Part shown: in pieces, positions 61,109-64,000 of the stretch
How positions within the stretch are numbered: the stretch's first letter is position 1
Layout: every line of letters begins with the position of its first letter
IMG/VR virus record: IMGVR_UViG_3300032219_002227
Span: 32,001-96,000 of that record
Source: a virus
Taxonomy: Duplodnaviria > Caudoviricetes
Length of the DNA: 64,000 bases
Direction: 5' to 3' (one strand)
Program-made: the position numbers and the translations under genes
The notes under the pieces: generated by a model
The model's input: the letters and a program-made list of their open reading frames with translations, nothing else
Databases searched by the model: none
Told to the model about the DNA's origin: nothing

Positions 61109-61529
61109 ATGGAAAGGTTGGGATATAATAGACCCAACAAAATATTTTGGTTTTGTTTATAAAATAGCTAATATAAAAACAGGTAAGTTTTATATTGGTA
61201 AAAAAGTGTTTTGGAATAATAAAAAACACAAACTTACCAAAAAACAACTTGCTGAACAATCAGGACCAGGCCGTAAACCAACTCACGAAGTAATTCGCGT
61301 TGAAAGCGATTGGAAAACCTATTGGGGTTCAAATAAAGAACTTCTTGCTGATATTAAACAATATGGAGAAGAAAATTTTGATTGTTGGATATTATCACAA
61401 TGCAAAACTAAAAAGCAACTCACATATTGGGAAATGCACCATCAATGTTTAAGTGAAGTTTTAATTGGTAAAAACAGAGCATACAACGATAATATATTAG
61501 GTAAATTTTTTACTAAAGACTTGTTGTAG
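61098..61529 (+). CDS. GIY-YIG endonuclease (T4 EndoII/Seg-like)
   Basis: GFVY...FYIGKK, SDWKTYWGS, YWE, YNDNI. Confidence 0.85.
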   Translation: MTHKWKGWDIIDPTKYFGFVYKIANIKTGKFYIGKKVFWNNKKHKLTKKQLAEQSGPGRKPTHEVIRVESDWKTYWGSNKELLADIKQYGEENFDCWILSQCKTKKQLTYWEMHHQCLSEVLIGKNRAYNDNILGKFFTKDLL

Positions 61530-61555
61530 GCAAGATTACTTCGTATATTGAGAGT

Positions 61556-62497
61556 ATGGATAATACAGCCTTACTATTTCTAGCAGAATCAGTACTAGGT
61601 AAGGGACAATCTACAAGTAAAGGCAATTATGCTTTTAAATGTCCTTTTTGTACTCACCATAAAAATAAGATGGAAATTAACTTACGTACAACCGAAAAAC
61701 GTGAGAATTTCTGGCATTGTTGGATATGTGGTGCTAAGGGTAAAACTCTACTTAGCCTATTTAGAAAAATTAAAGTACCACAAGATAAAATAAATGAACT
61801 AAATATTTTAGTCATCCCCGACAATACTAAAAGTATTGAATTAAGTACTATACAATTACCTAAGGAATTTATTTCATTAATTAATACAACTAAGTTAGAT
61901 AAAATATTACAAATTGAATTAAAACACGTTTTAAAATTTCTTAAATCACGTGGTTTAACTCAAGATGATATAATCAAATATAATATTGGTTTTTGTAAAG
62001 ATGGTAAATATGGAGGCCGTGTTATTATTCCTTCATATGATAATGATAAAAAATTAAATTATTTTATAGCTAGAGATTATAAAGGTGAAACACCTCAAAA
62101 ATATAAAAATCCACCAGTAGCGGCTAAAGACGTTATTGGTTTTGAACTATATATAAATTGGGATGCACCAATCGTACTTGTTGAAGGTATGTTTGATGCT
62201 CTTACTATTAAACGCAATGTAATACCTTTATTTGGTAAAGCTATACATGGTAAATTAATGGAAAAATTAGTTAAATCCTCTGTTAATCGTATTTATATTG
62301 CTTTAGATAATGATGCTAGGCGTGATGCTTTAAAACAAGCTGAAATGCTAATGTCATACGGTAAAGAAGTATATATGGTAGAAATGGAAGGTAAAGATGC
62401 TAATGAAATCGGTTTTGAAAAATTTCTTAACACAATTGAGCAAACAGTACCCTTAAACTTACATAGTTTGCTTGAAAAAAAATTACAATTAATATGA
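61556..62497 (+). CDS. DNA primase
   Basis: CPFC..HCWIC Zn finger; RVIIP; VEGMFD and LDND TOPRIM. Confidence 0.92.
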   Translation: MDNTALLFLAESVLGKGQSTSKGNYAFKCPFCTHHKNKMEINLRTTEKRENFWHCWICGAKGKTLLSLFRKIKVPQDKINELNILVIPDNTKSIELSTIQLPKEFISLINTTKLDKILQIELKHVLKFLKSRGLTQDDIIKYNIGFCKDGKYGGRVIIPSYDNDKKLNYFIARDYKGETPQKYKNPPVAAKDVIGFELYINWDAPIVLVEGMFDALTIKRNVIPLFGKAIHGKLMEKLVKSSVNRIYIALDNDARRDALKQAEMLMSYGKEVYMVEMEGKDANEIGFEKFLNTIEQTVPLNLHSLLEKKLQLI

Positions 62498-63276
62498 TTG
62501 ATAAAAACGTCAACATCATAAAAGATCCTAAGATTAAGCGCATTGTAGAGTATAGTGAAGATAATAAACAAGTAAATGTTTTAGATCAACGTTTTTATAG
62601 ACGTAATGGAGAATATTATCCTTCTGTATCTAGTATTTTAAATTATTTTCCTAAAAATAAATTTTTTCATGAGTGGCTTAAAGATGTAGGACACAACAGT
62701 GAAATTATTGCATCTAAAGCAGCATCTGAAGGTACTCAAGTACATAATGCTGTTGAGGATTTTTTAAATGGAAATGAAATAAATTGGATTGATGAGCAGG
62801 GAAATGCTAAGTATTCTCTTGAAGTGTGGAAAATGATTCTTAAATTTGCTGATTTTTGGAATACACACAAACCAGAACTAATAGCAACTGAGTACCATAT
62901 ATTTTCAGATAATCACAAATATGCAGGTACTGTCGATTTAATAGTTAGAATAAATAATCAAATTTGGTTACTTGATCTTAAAACATCTAATTCACTTCAT
63001 ACCTCTTATAATCTACAGTTAGCATCATATGCTGTTGCATGGAATGAAACGCATACTGATTTAATTGAACGCACTGGTATTTTATGGTTGAAAGCATCTA
63101 CTCGTGGTGAAGGTAAAGGGGATGCAATTCAAGGTAAAGGATGGCAACTAAAAGCTGTAGATGGAATTGCATCTAATATGGAGATGTTCCTAAAAATACG
63201 TGACATTTATGATTTAGAAAATCCTGATTCTAAACCTATTACGGAATTATTACCTACATCAGTTAAAATTGTTTAA
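62494..63276 (+). CDS. PD-(D/E)XK exonuclease
   Basis: YPSVS, GT.VH, AGTVD...DLKTS, QLASY. Confidence 0.85.
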   Translation: MIDKNVNIIKDPKIKRIVEYSEDNKQVNVLDQRFYRRNGEYYPSVSSILNYFPKNKFFHEWLKDVGHNSEIIASKAASEGTQVHNAVEDFLNGNEINWIDEQGNAKYSLEVWKMILKFADFWNTHKPELIATEYHIFSDNHKYAGTVDLIVRINNQIWLLDLKTSNSLHTSYNLQLASYAVAWNETHTDLIERTGILWLKASTRGEGKGDAIQGKGWQLKAVDGIASNMEMFLKIRDIYDLENPDSKPITELLPTSVKIV

Positions 63277-63321
63277 AATATTTATATGTAGGTAATTATT
63301 AAACTATGTACTCTATAAACA

Positions 63322-63606
63322 ATGTATAAAGAAATAATTGTTTTACTTGCTCAAACTTTATACAATATACTTAAAGTATTAGAAATAAAATATACATATC
63401 AAAATAAAATACCAGCGCTTTTATTAAATTCAATCTGGATAAATTTAGTAGCATTAGCATCTACATATTATGCAATTGATGATTTATTAAAAGGTAAGTT
63501 TACTGTTGTTATATTTTATGTAGTTGGTTCTGTTCTAGGAAAATACTTAGGTATGAAATTTGGTAATCCTCGTAATCAAATTTGGAAAAAACTATTTAAA
63601 AAATGA
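63322..63606 (+). CDS. Small membrane protein
   Basis: Three hydrophobic segments; ATATTTATA at 63278. Confidence 0.6.
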   Translation: MYKEIIVLLAQTLYNILKVLEIKYTYQNKIPALLLNSIWINLVALASTYYAIDDLLKGKFTVVIFYVVGSVLGKYLGMKFGNPRNQIWKKLFKK

Positions 63607-64000
63607 CTACTTACAAAGCAATAATAGTTTCGGATTTACATTTAGGTACTAAAGACTCTAAAGCTGAGGAATTTTTAGAATTTTTAGATAACCATCCAAC
63701 AGATCTTTTAATACTAAATGGTGATATAATTGATGGGTGGGCATTAAATAGAGGAGCTAAGTGGAAAAAAAAGCACACTAAAGTACTAGGTAAAATATTA
63801 AAACTATCTAATAAAATACAAGTAGTTTGGATTAGGGGTAATCATGATGAATTTATTCAAGAATTTATAGGTTCTCATTTTGGCGGTATAGAATTTAGAG
63901 AAGATTATAAAATTGAATACGCTGAACATATTGAATATGATAATTGGGAAAGAAAATGCTACTACGTATTTCATGGTGATGTAATTGATGTATTTATAAC
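63603..64000 (+). CDS. LpxH-like metallophosphoesterase (3'-truncated by window)
   Basis: SDLHLG, NGDIIDGW, RGNHD, FHGD. Confidence 0.85.
   Translation, partial: MTTYKAIIVSDLHLGTKDSKAEEFLEFLDNHPTDLLILNGDIIDGWALNRGAKWKKKHTKVLGKILKLSNKIQVVWIRGNHDEFIQEFIGSHFGGIEFREDYKIEYAEHIEYDNWERKCYYVFHGDVIDVFI

Larger units (their letters stand above)
20136..63286 (+). promoter_or_regulatory. Dispersed ATATTTATA motif (candidate late promoter)
   Basis: Intergenic copies at 20136, 20700, 24204, 25532, 27031, 31504, 44115, 45894, 47220, 50064, 52667, 58551, 63278, and on the minus strand at 23148-23156. Confidence 0.65.

Noticed and set aside
1874-62571. Other short minus-strand or alternate-frame ORFs in the track (e.g. 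4075, 13181, 14489, 33149, 43609, 48591, 62293)
   Set aside because: They overlap well-supported + strand genes and have no promoter or motif support
1-64000. Stop-codon reassignment as in some large Bacteroidota phages
   Set aside because: Conserved genes are full-length in code 11, and TAG/TGA occur at normal gene junctions; no suppressor tRNA seen

Overview
This window is a 64-kb segment of a large, AT-rich, lytic tailed phage with T4-like baseplate genes. The host is probably in Bacteroidota, based on a DUF4494 gene, A-rich leaders without Shine-Dalgarno sites, promoter cores resembling the Bacteroidota -7 element TAnnTTTG, and boxA-like GTTCTTTRACATAT sites. Almost everything is on the + strand and reads in standard code 11. 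Layout: (1) 1-20.1 kb is a cluster of more than 20 nucleotide-sugar and glycan-modification genes (Gmd, His-type ColD-like 3-dehydratase, split TPP enzyme, C-methyltransferase, RmlC, reductases, glycosyltransferases). (2) 20.1-25.3 kb holds ClpP, two UVR-motif proteins and an RNA island (an enlarged tRNA-like RNA, tRNA-Leu(TAA), tmRNA with a 24-aa tag, and two unclassified structured RNAs). (3) 25.3-32.5 kb has lysis-type genes (holin-like, PAS-membrane protein, GH19 endolysin) and nucleases. (4) 32.6-44.1 kb is an array of small early genes, most with their own copy of a repeated promoter. It includes a 790-nt, three-gene block with only two cytosines on the coding strand and ends in a CG/palindrome-dense patch. 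(5) 44.1-61.1 kb has a gp55-like sigma factor and baseplate/virion genes. (6) 61.1-64 kb has a GIY-YIG nuclease, primase and exonuclease. The most striking undescribed feature is the cytosine-free gene block at 41547-42336. All functional calls come from motif recognition by eye; no database searches were run.
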